Assembly: GCA_945872615.1 (NCBI GenBank)
Contig: CAMBZZ010000005.1
Span: forward strand, 10,855-74,854
Source: an uncultured Clostridia bacterium
GTDB taxonomy: Bacteria; Bacillota; Clostridia; Christensenellales; UBA3700
Reading direction: 5' to 3'
Length of the DNA: 64,000 bases
This document shows positions 50,355-59,588 of this stretch, piece after piece. Within the stretch, counting starts at the first letter, position 1. Each line of letters begins with the position of its first letter. The position numbers and the translations under genes are program-made. Below the pieces are notes generated by a model. The model was not told the origin of the DNA. It worked only from the letters and a program-made list of their open reading frames with translations, and searched no databases.

Positions 50355-52802
50355 TCAAATGTTGTGCTTGCGGGCACTATCAATAACAATCATCGCCCCA
50401 ATATCTTTAGCCTTCAGTTTGAGTATATTTTTACCTTTGGAGGTGCGCTTGTCTATTGGGATGTCCTCGGTATTGATAGCAACGCATTCTTTATTCATGC
50501 CCACCAAGGCAATATCGTACGGATAGGTCACGAGCCCCACGAACACGGCGATTCCCAGCGAGTTATCAAAGAGTTTTACGCCTTTACGGAAGCGCTTAGT
50601 CGGCTCTATTTCAGGCAAAATTACGCGTTTGCTGATACCGCTTTCCATTATCACGACTATCTCGCCCGCGCCGTCGTTTTGGCTAGCGTAAGCCACGCTG
50701 TCGCCCTCGCCGAGCATCACGCCTCTCACACCGCTCGCCTTGCGACCTTGTAGAGGAATATCGTCCGATTGAGCGTTGAGCGCCATACCTTGCTCGGTGG
50801 CAAAAAAGATATATCCGCTGTCGTCTTGTTTGATTTCCACCCAACTTAGCACGTCGCCGTCCTTGAGCACGATAGCGGGAGCAAGCGTTTTTTTGTCTGC
50901 GCTAAACTCGTCGCCGGCAGTTCTCTTGACCATACCGTTTTTGGTCATCATATACAGTTCTTTACCCTTGAGCTCGCTAGGATTGAATATTGCCACCAAC
51001 TTTTCGTCGCTAGCAGCTTTAGAAATCTTAGATATAGCCGTACCCTTACTCTTCCACTTGTCGTCGGGCAAGTCGTCGAGGCTAAACACCACGCAGTTGC
51101 CCTTGTCGGTAAAGCCTATGATATTGCCGTCGTTGGTGCAAGGCAAAACTTGCTTTGCGAGGTTAGGTGCCGTACAGTTGACGATACTCTTGCTAGCCAT
51201 AGCGTAGCTTTTTTCCGTCAAAAATCTCATCTCGCCCTCATAGCCAAGCACGATAAATCCCTTACGTTCCAACTTAATTTTGCTAAGGTCAATATCCGAG
51301 GATATGGTTTCGTGTTCCGCCACGATAGTGGACTTTCTAGGCTCGTTGTATTTCTTTTTTATTTCGCTTATCTCTTTTTTGACTACGGATAGCTGTTTGC
51401 GCTTAGAGTTGATGATAGAATCGAGCTCCTTAATCTTCTCTTTGAGAGCCTCTAACTCCTCTTTCATCTTATCCACGTCGAGTTTATTCAATCTCTTAAG
51501 AGGAACGTCCAATACGGCAACGGCTTGTTTGTCGGAGAGCTCGAATCTCTCTCTCAATCTCTCTCTCGACTCGTTGTAGGTCTTGGATGACAGTACTATG
51601 TCCACCACTTCTCTTATGTTGTTTACGGCAATCAGCAAGCCTTCGAGCACGTGCGCCCTCTTTTTGGCTGCGTTGATTTCGTATTGCGACCTCTTGTAGA
51701 TAATCTCTCTCTGATATTCTACGTAAAATGAAATTATGTCCAGCAGTCCCATTTGTTGAGGTTTGCCGTTGGCGATAGCTACCATATTGCAGCAGCATGC
51801 CGATTCCATTTTGCTCGTCTTAAATAAGCTTGCAAGTGTTCTCTCCGCGTCGGCGTCCTTTTTGAGTTTGATAACGCAGCGCATACCGCTTCTATCCGAC
51901 TCGTCGACTATGTCGCTTATCACGCCGAAGACTTCCTTTTTGCTCTCTCTCAGCGCGTTGATACCCTGTAGCAGTGTGCTCTTTTTGATACCGAAAGGTA
52001 TCTCGGTGATTACGATATTTTGTTTGTCGCCGTCCTTTTCGATATGCGTGCGGGCACGGGTGATAATTCTACCTTTGCCCGTCTCGTACGCCTTGTAAAT
52101 TTCTTCGCTGTCGATGATGATACCGCCCGTAGGAAAGTCTGGCGCAGGGATATAGTTCATCATCTCTTTTAGCGTAATGTCGGGGTTGTCTATGTAGGCA
52201 ATTACGCCGTCGATGACTTCGCCTAGATTGTGTGGCGGAATATTGGTTGCCAAGCCTACCGCAATACCGCTGGTGCCGTTGACTAGCAAGTTAGGGTATC
52301 TACCCGGCAAAATATCCGGCTCTTCGAGCGAGTCGTCGAAGTTGAGCGACATAGGCACGGTATCTTTGTCGAGGTCTCTCAATAGCTCCATGGCAAGCGG
52401 CGTCAGTCTTGCTTCGGTATAACGCATAGCAGCAGCCGAGTCGCCGTCCACCGAGCCGAAGTTACCGTGTCCGTCCACCAACGTACTTCTCACGCTAAAG
52501 TCTTGCGCCAATCTTACCAAGGCTTCGTACACCGAGCTGTCGCCGTGCGGGTGATATTTACCTAAGCAATCGCCGACTATACGCGCGCACTTACGGTGAG
52601 GCTTGTCGGGGGTTATACCGAGCTCGAGCATGGTATACAAAATTCTTCTTTGCACGGGTTTAAGTCCGTCCTCAACCCTCGGCAAGGCTCTGTCGAGAAT
52701 GACGTATTCGGAATAAGGAATCATAGAGTTGTGTATTATATCCTCTACGCTTCCCTCTAATATTCTTGATTTATCTTCTATTATTTCGTTCTTTTTTGCC
52801 AT
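50355..52802 (-). CDS. parC: Type IIA topoisomerase subunit A (ParC-like)
   Basis: [33 protein letters not shown]; no recognisable GyrA-box in the CTD; no dnaA/recF context in the window. Confidence 0.8.
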   Translation of the reverse strand: MAKKNEIIEDKSRILEGSVEDIIHNSMIPYSEYVILDRALPRVEDGLKPVQRRILYTMLELGITPDKPHRKCARIVGDCLGKYHPHGDSSVYEALVRLAQDFSVRSTLVDGHGNFGSVDGDSAAAMRYTEARLTPLAMELLRDLDKDTVPMSLNFDDSLEEPDILPGRYPNLLVNGTSGIAVGLATNIPPHNLGEVIDGVIAYIDNPDITLKEMMNYIPAPDFPTGGIIIDSEEIYKAYETGKGRIITRARTHIEKDGDKQNIVITEIPFGIKKSTLLQGINALRESKKEVFGVISDIVDESDRSGMRCVIKLKKDADAERTLASLFKTSKMESACCCNMVAIANGKPQQMGLLDIISFYVEYQREIIYKRSQYEINAAKKRAHVLEGLLIAVNNIREVVDIVLSSKTYNESRERLRERFELSDKQAVAVLDVPLKRLNKLDVDKMKEELEALKEKIKELDSIINSKRKQLSVVKKEISEIKKKYNEPRKSTIVAEHETISSDIDLSKIKLERKGFIVLGYEGEMRFLTEKSYAMASKSIVNCTAPNLAKQVLPCTNDGNIIGFTDKGNCVVFSLDDLPDDKWKSKGTAISKISKAASDEKLVAIFNPSELKGKELYMMTKNGMVKRTAGDEFSADKKTLAPAIVLKDGDVLSWVEIKQDDSGYIFFATEQGMALNAQSDDIPLQGRKASGVRGVMLGEGDSVAYASQNDGAGEIVVIMESGISKRVILPEIEPTKRFRKGVKLFDNSLGIAVFVGLVTYPYDIALVGMNKECVAINTEDIPIDKRTSKGKNILKLKAKDIGAMIVIDSARKHNI

Positions 52803-52810
52803 ACCGTACC

Positions 52811-54769
52811 TTATTTTGCGCTAAGTTCCTTAAATTTGTCCACCTTATTGAAGTCGGCGTATTCGTAGATATATTGCTTACGCGGCTCTACGTCGGCGCC
52901 CATAAGCGTGTCGATGAGCTTGTCCGCCGTTGCGGCGTCCTCGATAGTCACTCTCATCAGCGTTCTCGTAGCCGGATTGAGGGTCGTCTCCCAAAGTTGT
53001 TCGGGATTCATCTCGCCGAGTCCCTTATATCTTTGCAATGTATAATTCTTACCGCAGTCTTTGAGCATTTCCGTCAGTTCGTTGTCGTCGTAAGCGTACT
53101 TGACCACGTTCTTTTCGGTGATTTTGTATAGAGGCGGCATACCTATGTACACGTGTCCGTCTATAATCAGCTGTCGCATATATCTAAAGAAGAAGGTCAG
53201 CAAAATCGACCTGATGTGCGCTCCGTCTTGGTCTGCGTCGGCAAGGATAATGACCTTGTTGTACTTGAGCCCTTTGATGTCGAAGTCCTTATCGAAGCCA
53301 GTACCCAGCGCATTGATGAGCGACATCAATTCTTCGTTGTCCACTATGCCGTTTTTGCTCTTCTTTTCGGTGTTTAGCGGTTTGCCCTTTAGTGGCAAAA
53401 TAGCTTGTACCGACCTATCTCTTCCTTGTTTTGCCGAGCCTCCCGCGCTATCGCCCTCTACGATAAACAGCTCGTTGAGTTCGGCTTTTCTACCGCTGCA
53501 ACCGGCGAGTTTACCCACCAATTCGCTATTGCTCATGCCCTTCATTTTGCGGGCAACTTCCTTGGCTTTAGACGCGTTTTCTCTCGCCTTGCAAGCCACG
53601 GCAGCCTTGCCGAATATTGCGTCGGTCACGTCCTTTTTGACCTTGTTGAAGTAGTCTTTTAGGGCGTCGGTAAGGAGGTTTTCCACCATATTTTTGGCTT
53701 CGGGGTTGCCGAGCTTAGTCTTGGTCTGTCCTTCGAATTGCACGTTTTGCATTTTGACGATTAGTACCGCCGTCATACCCTCTCTAAAGTCCTCGCCCTG
53801 GTAGTTGGCTTGTTTGTCCTTGATTATGTTTTTGGAGCGACCGAAGTCGTTGAGCACCTTGGTGAGCGCCGACTTAAAGCCCGTCTCGTGCGTTCCGCCC
53901 TCGGTGGTAGGAATGTTGTTGACGTAACTAAAGATATTCTCTTGATAGCCGTCGGTGTGTTGGAATGCAAGCCCGACGATAAAGTTATCTTGTCTTTTTT
54001 CCACGTACACGGGAGTTGGATACAAGGTGGCTTTGTCCTCGTTGAGGTAAGTCACGTAGTCCTTGATACCGCCCTCGTACTGATAGGTTTTGTACTTATA
54101 AGAAGTCTTGCCGTCAGCCACGCGGTAGTCTTTGACGGAAAGTTTGATTCCGCCGTTGAGGAAAGCTAGCTCCTTAATTCTGCGATTGATTATATCGAAG
54201 CTAAATTTTTCGTTGCCAAATACTCTTTTGTCTGGCAAAAAGGTGACCTTAGTACCCTTTAACTTTTTGTCGCAAGGAGCGCTGGTAAGAGGCGTCTTGA
54301 TAGCGCCGCTGACCACCTTGTCGCCCTTGTCGTAAGAGTGAAACTCCTCGGTATATTGCACGCCCGACTTGTATATATCCACCCTCAACCATTCCGACAA
54401 AGCGTTGGTAACCGACGCGCCCACACCGTGAAGTCCACCGCTAAATCCGTAGCTCTTGTTGTTAAACTTACCGCCCGCGTGCAGTTTGGTAAAAACAAGT
54501 TCCACCCCCGGTACTTTGTACTTGGGGTGAATATCGACGGGAATACCGCGTCCGTTATCCCACACGCTGATAGAATTGTCCTCGAATATTTCGATATTAA
54601 TGGTATCGCCGAATCCGTTGGCAACCTCGTCTATCGAGTTGTCCACGATTTCCCACAATATATGATGCATACCCTTGTTGCCGGTAGTACCGATATACAT
54701 ACCGGGGCGCATGCGCACGGCGTCAAGCCCTTCCAAAACCTCTAAATCTTTGGAGCCGTAACTGCTCAT
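52811..54769 (-). CDS. parE: Type IIA topoisomerase subunit B (ParE-like)
   Basis: [48 protein letters not shown]. Confidence 0.8.
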   Translation of the reverse strand: MSSYGSKDLEVLEGLDAVRMRPGMYIGTTGNKGMHHILWEIVDNSIDEVANGFGDTINIEIFEDNSISVWDNGRGIPVDIHPKYKVPGVELVFTKLHAGGKFNNKSYGFSGGLHGVGASVTNALSEWLRVDIYKSGVQYTEEFHSYDKGDKVVSGAIKTPLTSAPCDKKLKGTKVTFLPDKRVFGNEKFSFDIINRRIKELAFLNGGIKLSVKDYRVADGKTSYKYKTYQYEGGIKDYVTYLNEDKATLYPTPVYVEKRQDNFIVGLAFQHTDGYQENIFSYVNNIPTTEGGTHETGFKSALTKVLNDFGRSKNIIKDKQANYQGEDFREGMTAVLIVKMQNVQFEGQTKTKLGNPEAKNMVENLLTDALKDYFNKVKKDVTDAIFGKAAVACKARENASKAKEVARKMKGMSNSELVGKLAGCSGRKAELNELFIVEGDSAGGSAKQGRDRSVQAILPLKGKPLNTEKKSKNGIVDNEELMSLINALGTGFDKDFDIKGLKYNKVIILADADQDGAHIRSILLTFFFRYMRQLIIDGHVYIGMPPLYKITEKNVVKYAYDDNELTEMLKDCGKNYTLQRYKGLGEMNPEQLWETTLNPATRTLMRVTIEDAATADKLIDTLMGADVEPRKQYIYEYADFNKVDKFKELSAK

Positions 54770-54781
54770 CATATCCTCCGT

Positions 54782-55693
54782 TTATCTATTGCATTTGTCC
54801 AAAAAGTTAGCCACGTCGTCAAAAACTTCTTGCTTATTGATTTCGTTGAGTATCTCGTGTCTTGCTCCGCTATAGAGTTTCATCGTCACGTTTTCTATAC
54901 CGCTCTGTTTATATTTTCCGTAGAGTTTGTTGACCGATTCTCCAAACTTACCCACGGGGTCCTTGTCTCCGCTGATGATGAATATCGGCAAATCTTTTTT
55001 GATTTTGTCTATATTTTCTTGTTTGCATATCACCTTGAGCGCGTTGAAGAAACTTTGATAAAAACCTACCGAGCATACGTAGTTGCAATACTCGTCGTCG
55101 AGGTATTTTTGTCGTTCTACGTCGTCGCGATTGCCCCACGCAAAAGGTACGGGCGGATCGAACTGCTTGTCGTATGCGTCAAAGGAGAGTTTTTTGATAA
55201 GCTTAGCAGGTTTATCCTTGCCAATCAAAGCGGCTTGAATATTGGCTACCAGCCTACCCGCTTTGACGTCTGCGCCGTCTTGGAACGCCGAGCCGCACAA
55301 CACGCACGCCGTCAACTTGTCGCTAGCCGATTGGATATAGCCTTGAGACAAAAAGGAGCCGTAGCTGTGTCCGAAGAGCACGAGCGGCAGACCGTATCGT
55401 TCTTTGGCGTAGTCGGTTATGAGTTTTAGATCCTCCACCGTATCCCAATAGCAGTCGCCTTCGGGTGCTTTGCCTAGGTCGGCTTTGCCGCTGGTTTTGC
55501 CGTGAGCTCTGTGGTCGTCGCCCAGCACGATATATCCTTTGCTATTCAAAAAGCGAGCGAACTCGTCGTATCTGCCGAGGTGTTCAACCATTCCGTGTAC
55601 CAACTGTACCACGCACTTAGGCTTGTCTACCTCGTCCCAAATATAAAGATTGATTGGATAATTTTTGTATCCCGAAAACTTAATTTCTTTCAT
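54782..55693 (-). CDS. Alpha/beta hydrolase (lysophospholipase/monoacylglycerol lipase-like)
   Basis: HGMVEH..RY, DHRAHG, GHSYG, SGDKDPV, ARHEILNE. Confidence 0.9.
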   Translation of the reverse strand: MKEIKFSGYKNYPINLYIWDEVDKPKCVVQLVHGMVEHLGRYDEFARFLNSKGYIVLGDDHRAHGKTSGKADLGKAPEGDCYWDTVEDLKLITDYAKERYGLPLVLFGHSYGSFLSQGYIQSASDKLTACVLCGSAFQDGADVKAGRLVANIQAALIGKDKPAKLIKKLSFDAYDKQFDPPVPFAWGNRDDVERQKYLDDEYCNYVCSVGFYQSFFNALKVICKQENIDKIKKDLPIFIISGDKDPVGKFGESVNKLYGKYKQSGIENVTMKLYSGARHEILNEINKQEVFDDVANFLDKCNR

Positions 55694-55821
55694 ATTTTCA
55701 CCTCTATATATTATAATACTACAATATTATAATTATTTCAAGATACATTTTGGATAATCGTGCAATTTTTTTCATAAAATAAATACGTATCGACAATTTA
55801 ACAACTATCGGGAGGTGTATT

Positions 55822-56868
55822 ATGAACGTAGCACTCACGGGCGGCGGCACGGCGGGACACGTAATGCCCAATATAGCGCTAATTCCATATCTATCGTGTC
55901 GTTTTGACGAAGTTATATATATCGGCAACCAAGGCGGCATCGAAAGCAAGATTTGCGCAAGCGCAGGGGTGGAATTTTGCCATACCGACAGCGTCAAGTT
56001 TGATAGAAGTCGACTGTTTTGCAATCTACTCATTCCCTTTATCTTGCCACGTTGTGTCCGTCAAGCCGTCAAAATTCTCAAGCAGCACAAGATAGACGTA
56101 GTGTTTTCCAAGGGCGGATACGTCGCCCTTCCCGTAGTGCTCGCAGCCAAAAAATTGGATATTCCCGTCGTTTGTCACGAGTCTGACACTTCCTTGGGTC
56201 TTGCCAACAAAATCACGGCACGGTTTGCCCGAGCGGTGATAACTTCGCACGAGGGCGTTTGTCACAAGACCAATAGTTACCTACTCGGCAATCCCGTGAG
56301 GGACGTTGTATTCGAGGGCGATGCTTCCAAAGTCTACGGCAAACACCATATCCAAGGTGACAAACCAATCTTGTTGGTAGTAGGAGGCTCTTTGGGGGCA
56401 AGGGCTATCAACAAGACGCTCGTCGACTGTCTCGACGTGCTGACCACACGCTACGACGTCGTTCACGTGACGGGCAGCAAGTTCTTTCCGCCCGAACACG
56501 ACCGCTATTATCATTTACCATACGCAGACAATATCCAAGACTATCTCACGGCGGCAGACGTAATAGTATCGCGAGCGGGTGCCAACTTCGTTGACGAGAT
56601 ACTCGCCCTCGGCAAAAAGGTCGTCTTGATACCGCTGCCCACCGACGCCTCCAGAGGCGACCAACTCACCAACGCCTCCGAAGTGTGTTCTATGGGCTAC
56701 GCTCGACTTTTGGAGCAAAAGGATCTCACCCCCGACTCTCTCATCGAAGCTATCGACCAAGCCTACCACACCGAATTTCGTCATCGCAACTACGACCGCC
56801 AAACACCACAAAAAATTGTTACGTTGCTATATAATATTTGTCAAGACGCTCAAATAAACAAAAAATAA
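55822..56868 (+). CDS. murG: UDP-GlcNAc:lipid I N-acetylglucosaminyltransferase MurG
   Basis: GGGTAGH, KGGYV, HES, GNPVR, GGSLGA, SRAG, DQ..NA. Confidence 0.95.
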   Translation: MNVALTGGGTAGHVMPNIALIPYLSCRFDEVIYIGNQGGIESKICASAGVEFCHTDSVKFDRSRLFCNLLIPFILPRCVRQAVKILKQHKIDVVFSKGGYVALPVVLAAKKLDIPVVCHESDTSLGLANKITARFARAVITSHEGVCHKTNSYLLGNPVRDVVFEGDASKVYGKHHIQGDKPILLVVGGSLGARAINKTLVDCLDVLTTRYDVVHVTGSKFFPPEHDRYYHLPYADNIQDYLTAADVIVSRAGANFVDEILALGKKVVLIPLPTDASRGDQLTNASEVCSMGYARLLEQKDLTPDSLIEAIDQAYHTEFRHRNYDRQTPQKIVTLLYNICQDAQINKK

Positions 56869-56876
56869 TATAATAA

Positions 56877-56918
56877 AAATATTAGACGATTGTTTTCCAA
56901 CAATCGTCTAATATTTTT
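56877..56918. terminator. Bidirectional terminator between murG and the GNAT gene
   Basis: AATATTAGACGATTG..CAATCGTCTAATATT inverted repeat with A/T tracts on both sides. Confidence 0.8.
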
Positions 56919-57478
56919 ATGTAAAGCATTTTATATTTTTTTATAATATTGCAACAAATTACTTGTCTCGCTGGTATTGAAATATTTATATTTTTTCTTT
57001 CATAAAATAATCTCAATTTTGGTACATCTTTGCAATCCAAATATATCAATCTTCCCCCAACAATTCTTTGAGCTTCAAACAACAAATTCTCCGCCACACT
57101 AATTATGTAATCCCCAATCTCTTCAAGAATATTGTCGTTTTTTGCTATATGCCCAATTAGAAAAGCCGAATATGTTTTATCTTCTTTTATGCCTCCAACA
57201 ATCTGCTTCATTTTTGTTTTTGATATTCCTTCTAGACTAATCGACTTAAATGCTAGGCTAAAATAAGCCACTATAGATTCGTTTTCATCAATCAGCAAAT
57301 AAGTTCGTGCTTTATTATGTTGTTCATAATCAATTGCTTTGTAATGCAAAAAATCTTCTTCATCTTTATTTTTTTTACACTTAAAAGAAAATAAGACCTC
57401 TTTCAATTCATCCAAAGAAGTCTTATTATTTTCAAAAATTTTAATTATTTCTCCGAGCGCAACAATTTCAAAGCCCAT
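56882..57478 (-). CDS. GNAT acetyltransferase, putative toxin (probable frameshift near 3' end)
   Basis: FKC..N.D.EDFL..KA, RTYLL, IVAYFSL, FLIGHIAKN, VGGRLIYLDC..KL..FYE pattern of TA-type GNATs; AT-rich. Confidence 0.7.
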   Translation of the reverse strand: MGFEIVALGEIIKIFENNKTSLDELKEVLFSFKCKKNKDEEDFLHYKAIDYEQHNKARTYLLIDENESIVAYFSLAFKSISLEGISKTKMKQIVGGIKEDKTYSAFLIGHIAKNDNILEEIGDYIISVAENLLFEAQRIVGGRLIYLDCKDVPKLRLFYERKNINISIPARQVICCNIIKKYKMLYIKILDDCWKTIV

Positions 57479-57627
57479 TTTCTTCCGTTGTTTTCCGCTT
57501 TTTTAATAGTGTATTTGCTATTTAAATCGTGAACAATAGGAGATGTATCTTCAATATCGTTTTTCATCATAGAAATAATATCTGGATTTGTGATTACAAC
57601 ATTTTCATCAAATGAAATTGTAGCCAT
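57445..57627 (-). CDS. Small protein, putative antitoxin partner of the GNAT
   Basis: SD AGGAGG, MATISFDENVVI..., 60 aa, overlaps the GNAT start by 34 nt; AT-rich. Confidence 0.55.
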   Translation of the reverse strand: MATISFDENVVITNPDIISMMKNDIEDTSPIVHDLNSKYTIKKAENNGRKWALKLLRSEK

Positions 57628-57658
57628 AGATAAATACCTCCTTTGTTTTTCTATTAGT

Positions 57659-57709
57659 ATTATACGATTTATAAAAAAATATGTCAATAATTTAAAAATT
57701 TATTTGACA
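57659..57709 (-). promoter_or_regulatory. Consensus sigma-A promoter with overlapping inverted repeat
   Basis: TTGACA-17bp-TATAAT (57659-57687); imperfect palindrome TGTCAA..TTGACA (57682-57709) over the -35. Confidence 0.7.
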
Positions 57710-57757
57710 AAAATATAATTTTTTTCGTCCCGTCCGTTGCCAAACGGGACGAACGTC

Positions 57758-57973
57758 TTATTCTTCGGTTGTTTTGTCTTCTCCATCAGCGTCGTCATTT
57801 ACATCCGTTTTCGGTTTAGACACTATGCCGCTCACGGCAAATACGCCCAACACGGCAGTCAGCACCTTATCGATATACGGGATATTCAATTCTCCGTTGA
57901 TTGTGCTCAGCGCCACGAGAATCGCGCTGATGACCGACAGCCAAAAATTATAACTTTTCAATTTTTCTTTCAT
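57758..57973 (-). CDS. Phage holin-like two-TM protein
   Basis: KLKSYNFWLSVISAIL..VLGVFAVSGIVSKP with a charged tail, resembling phiLC3-type holins. Confidence 0.7.
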   Translation of the reverse strand: MKEKLKSYNFWLSVISAILVALSTINGELNIPYIDKVLTAVLGVFAVSGIVSKPKTDVNDDADGEDKTTEE

Positions 57974-57975
57974 AC

Positions 57976-58188
57976 TCACCCCAATCTTGCTCTCATTTCT
58001 TGTCTTACTCTTTCGATATTGACGTCTATATCTTGCATACACTCCAAGCCTTTACTCAACCTGTCTATAGTATCTTGATACTTCTTTTCTCTCGCTCTGC
58101 TGTCTTTGAGTTGATATATCAACAGCGAGCAAAACAACAACGCCCAAATGCCGTTGGTAGCGGCAAACTCCAACAACGATTGCCACAT
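57976..58188 (-). CDS. BhlA/UviB family holin-like peptide
   Basis: NGIWALLFCSLLIYQLKDSRAREKKYQDTIDRL is the BhlA/UviB signature. Confidence 0.88.
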   Translation of the reverse strand: MWQSLLEFAATNGIWALLFCSLLIYQLKDSRAREKKYQDTIDRLSKGLECMQDIDVNIERVRQEMRARLG

Positions 58189-58189
58189 A

Positions 58190-59176
58190 TTATCCATTCA
58201 GCGCACTCAACAGACTGCCGTACATCAAGCCGAGATAATTTTTGAGTTGCTGATTGTTTTGTACCAATTCGTAGGCAATATCCTTAGGCATCGCTTGATA
58301 GAATTCCAACGCCGTGTTCAATCTTTTTTTGTACTCTTCCAATTTTTCCCCGCTATATCCGTTTCGCACTTCGCTCGCGGTTTCTTTGGTTTGGATGTTG
58401 GCAATGTCCTCTTTTTGTTTTTGTATCAATTTGGCTCTGTTTTCCTTATAATCCACCGCTTTCTTGCTCTGTTCGTTGTTGTATTTTTGTATCTTTTCCA
58501 GTTGGGAATTTCTCTCTTTTACAAGTTTGTCAATATCGGTGCTTATAGATTTTGCAAAGGCGATGTCGAGGTCGCTCAGCGCCTCTTTTCTTTGCGCGTC
58601 CAGTTGCTGTATTTTATTATCTATCGCCCCTATGTCGCTTGCGTATTTTCCATAGATTTGGTCTCGCATTTGTTCAAAGTTTTTTTGTGCCTGCTCGTCG
58701 AGATTACTTTTAATCGAAGAGCGCACCATGCCTTTGCTTGCTTGAGAGGACTTGATTTGGTCGAGATTGTCTTGTTTGTTTTGTCTATTGTCGGCATGCT
58801 CCTTCTCTGCATTGACGAGGGCTTGCGACTTTTTGTCGTTTTGCGCCTTAATCATGGCGTCGTACTCGTCGGCTAGAGACTTGGATTTTTGGTCTTTGAT
58901 AGGCGTATAATAGTCGTAAATACGGGTTTTTATTTCGTCTTCGCTTTCGCCTTCGTATTGCATAGGCGTCCACTCGTATTCTTCGGGCAAAACGTCCTCG
59001 TACAGCGTCCATCTATTGCTCTGTTTGTTCTTCCACGCTTCGTCCATCTCTTTTAACTTCTCGTAGAGTTTGTACTGCGTTTCCGACAGTTTTTTCTTTT
59101 CTCCTTCTCTCTGAGCCTGTTCCTCTTTCTCTTTATTGCTCCCTATTCCAAAAAATTCTTTTATTTTCTCCCACAT
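58190..59176 (-). CDS. Coiled-coil protein of the phage-like cluster (possible ejection/pilot protein)
   Basis: 328 aa, K/E/Q-rich helical protein with a central KGMVRSS turn; SD GAGGAG; lies between tail-like genes and holins. Confidence 0.6.
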   Translation of the reverse strand: MWEKIKEFFGIGSNKEKEEQAQREGEKKKLSETQYKLYEKLKEMDEAWKNKQSNRWTLYEDVLPEEYEWTPMQYEGESEDEIKTRIYDYYTPIKDQKSKSLADEYDAMIKAQNDKKSQALVNAEKEHADNRQNKQDNLDQIKSSQASKGMVRSSIKSNLDEQAQKNFEQMRDQIYGKYASDIGAIDNKIQQLDAQRKEALSDLDIAFAKSISTDIDKLVKERNSQLEKIQKYNNEQSKKAVDYKENRAKLIQKQKEDIANIQTKETASEVRNGYSGEKLEEYKKRLNTALEFYQAMPKDIAYELVQNNQQLKNYLGLMYGSLLSALNG

Positions 59177-59239
59177 TTTTTACTCCTCATCGCAATTATG
59201 CGATTATATCTTGCTATCCATTTTTTTAGCGTAAAGGTA

Positions 59240-59587
59240 TCAATTTTCAATCTTTTTGCCTCCTTTAGCCTCTATCGAAACGTATATCCCTTGATGCGCT
59301 CCGCACTCAAGTTCTACGGTATGTTCTCCCTTGCCAAGACGTCCTTGCCAATGTTTTACGCCGCCTTGCCAAGTCACCCTCTCGCCATCTATCGAGGCGG
59401 TTTTATTATCGTTGCCAAGGGCAATAATTCTCACGTCGCATCTTGTGTTTTGACACCAAAATCTCAATACGTATCTATGATTTTCGCTCTGCGGCTCATA
59501 ACACCACTCGAGATTTTCTCTTATAGCCGACAAAGCCTCCAAAGAGTATCTCAAAGCTTCGTCGGCTTTATATATCCACTCTTGCAT
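59240..59587 (-). CDS. Hypothetical beta-rich protein of the phage-like cluster
   Basis: 115 aa ORF abutting the upstream gene; LGKGEHTVEL suggests an Ig-like strand. Confidence 0.55.
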   Translation of the reverse strand: MQEWIYKADEALRYSLEALSAIRENLEWCYEPQSENHRYVLRFWCQNTRCDVRIIALGNDNKTASIDGERVTWQGGVKHWQGRLGKGEHTVELECGAHQGIYVSIEAKGGKKIEN

Positions 59588-59588
59588 A

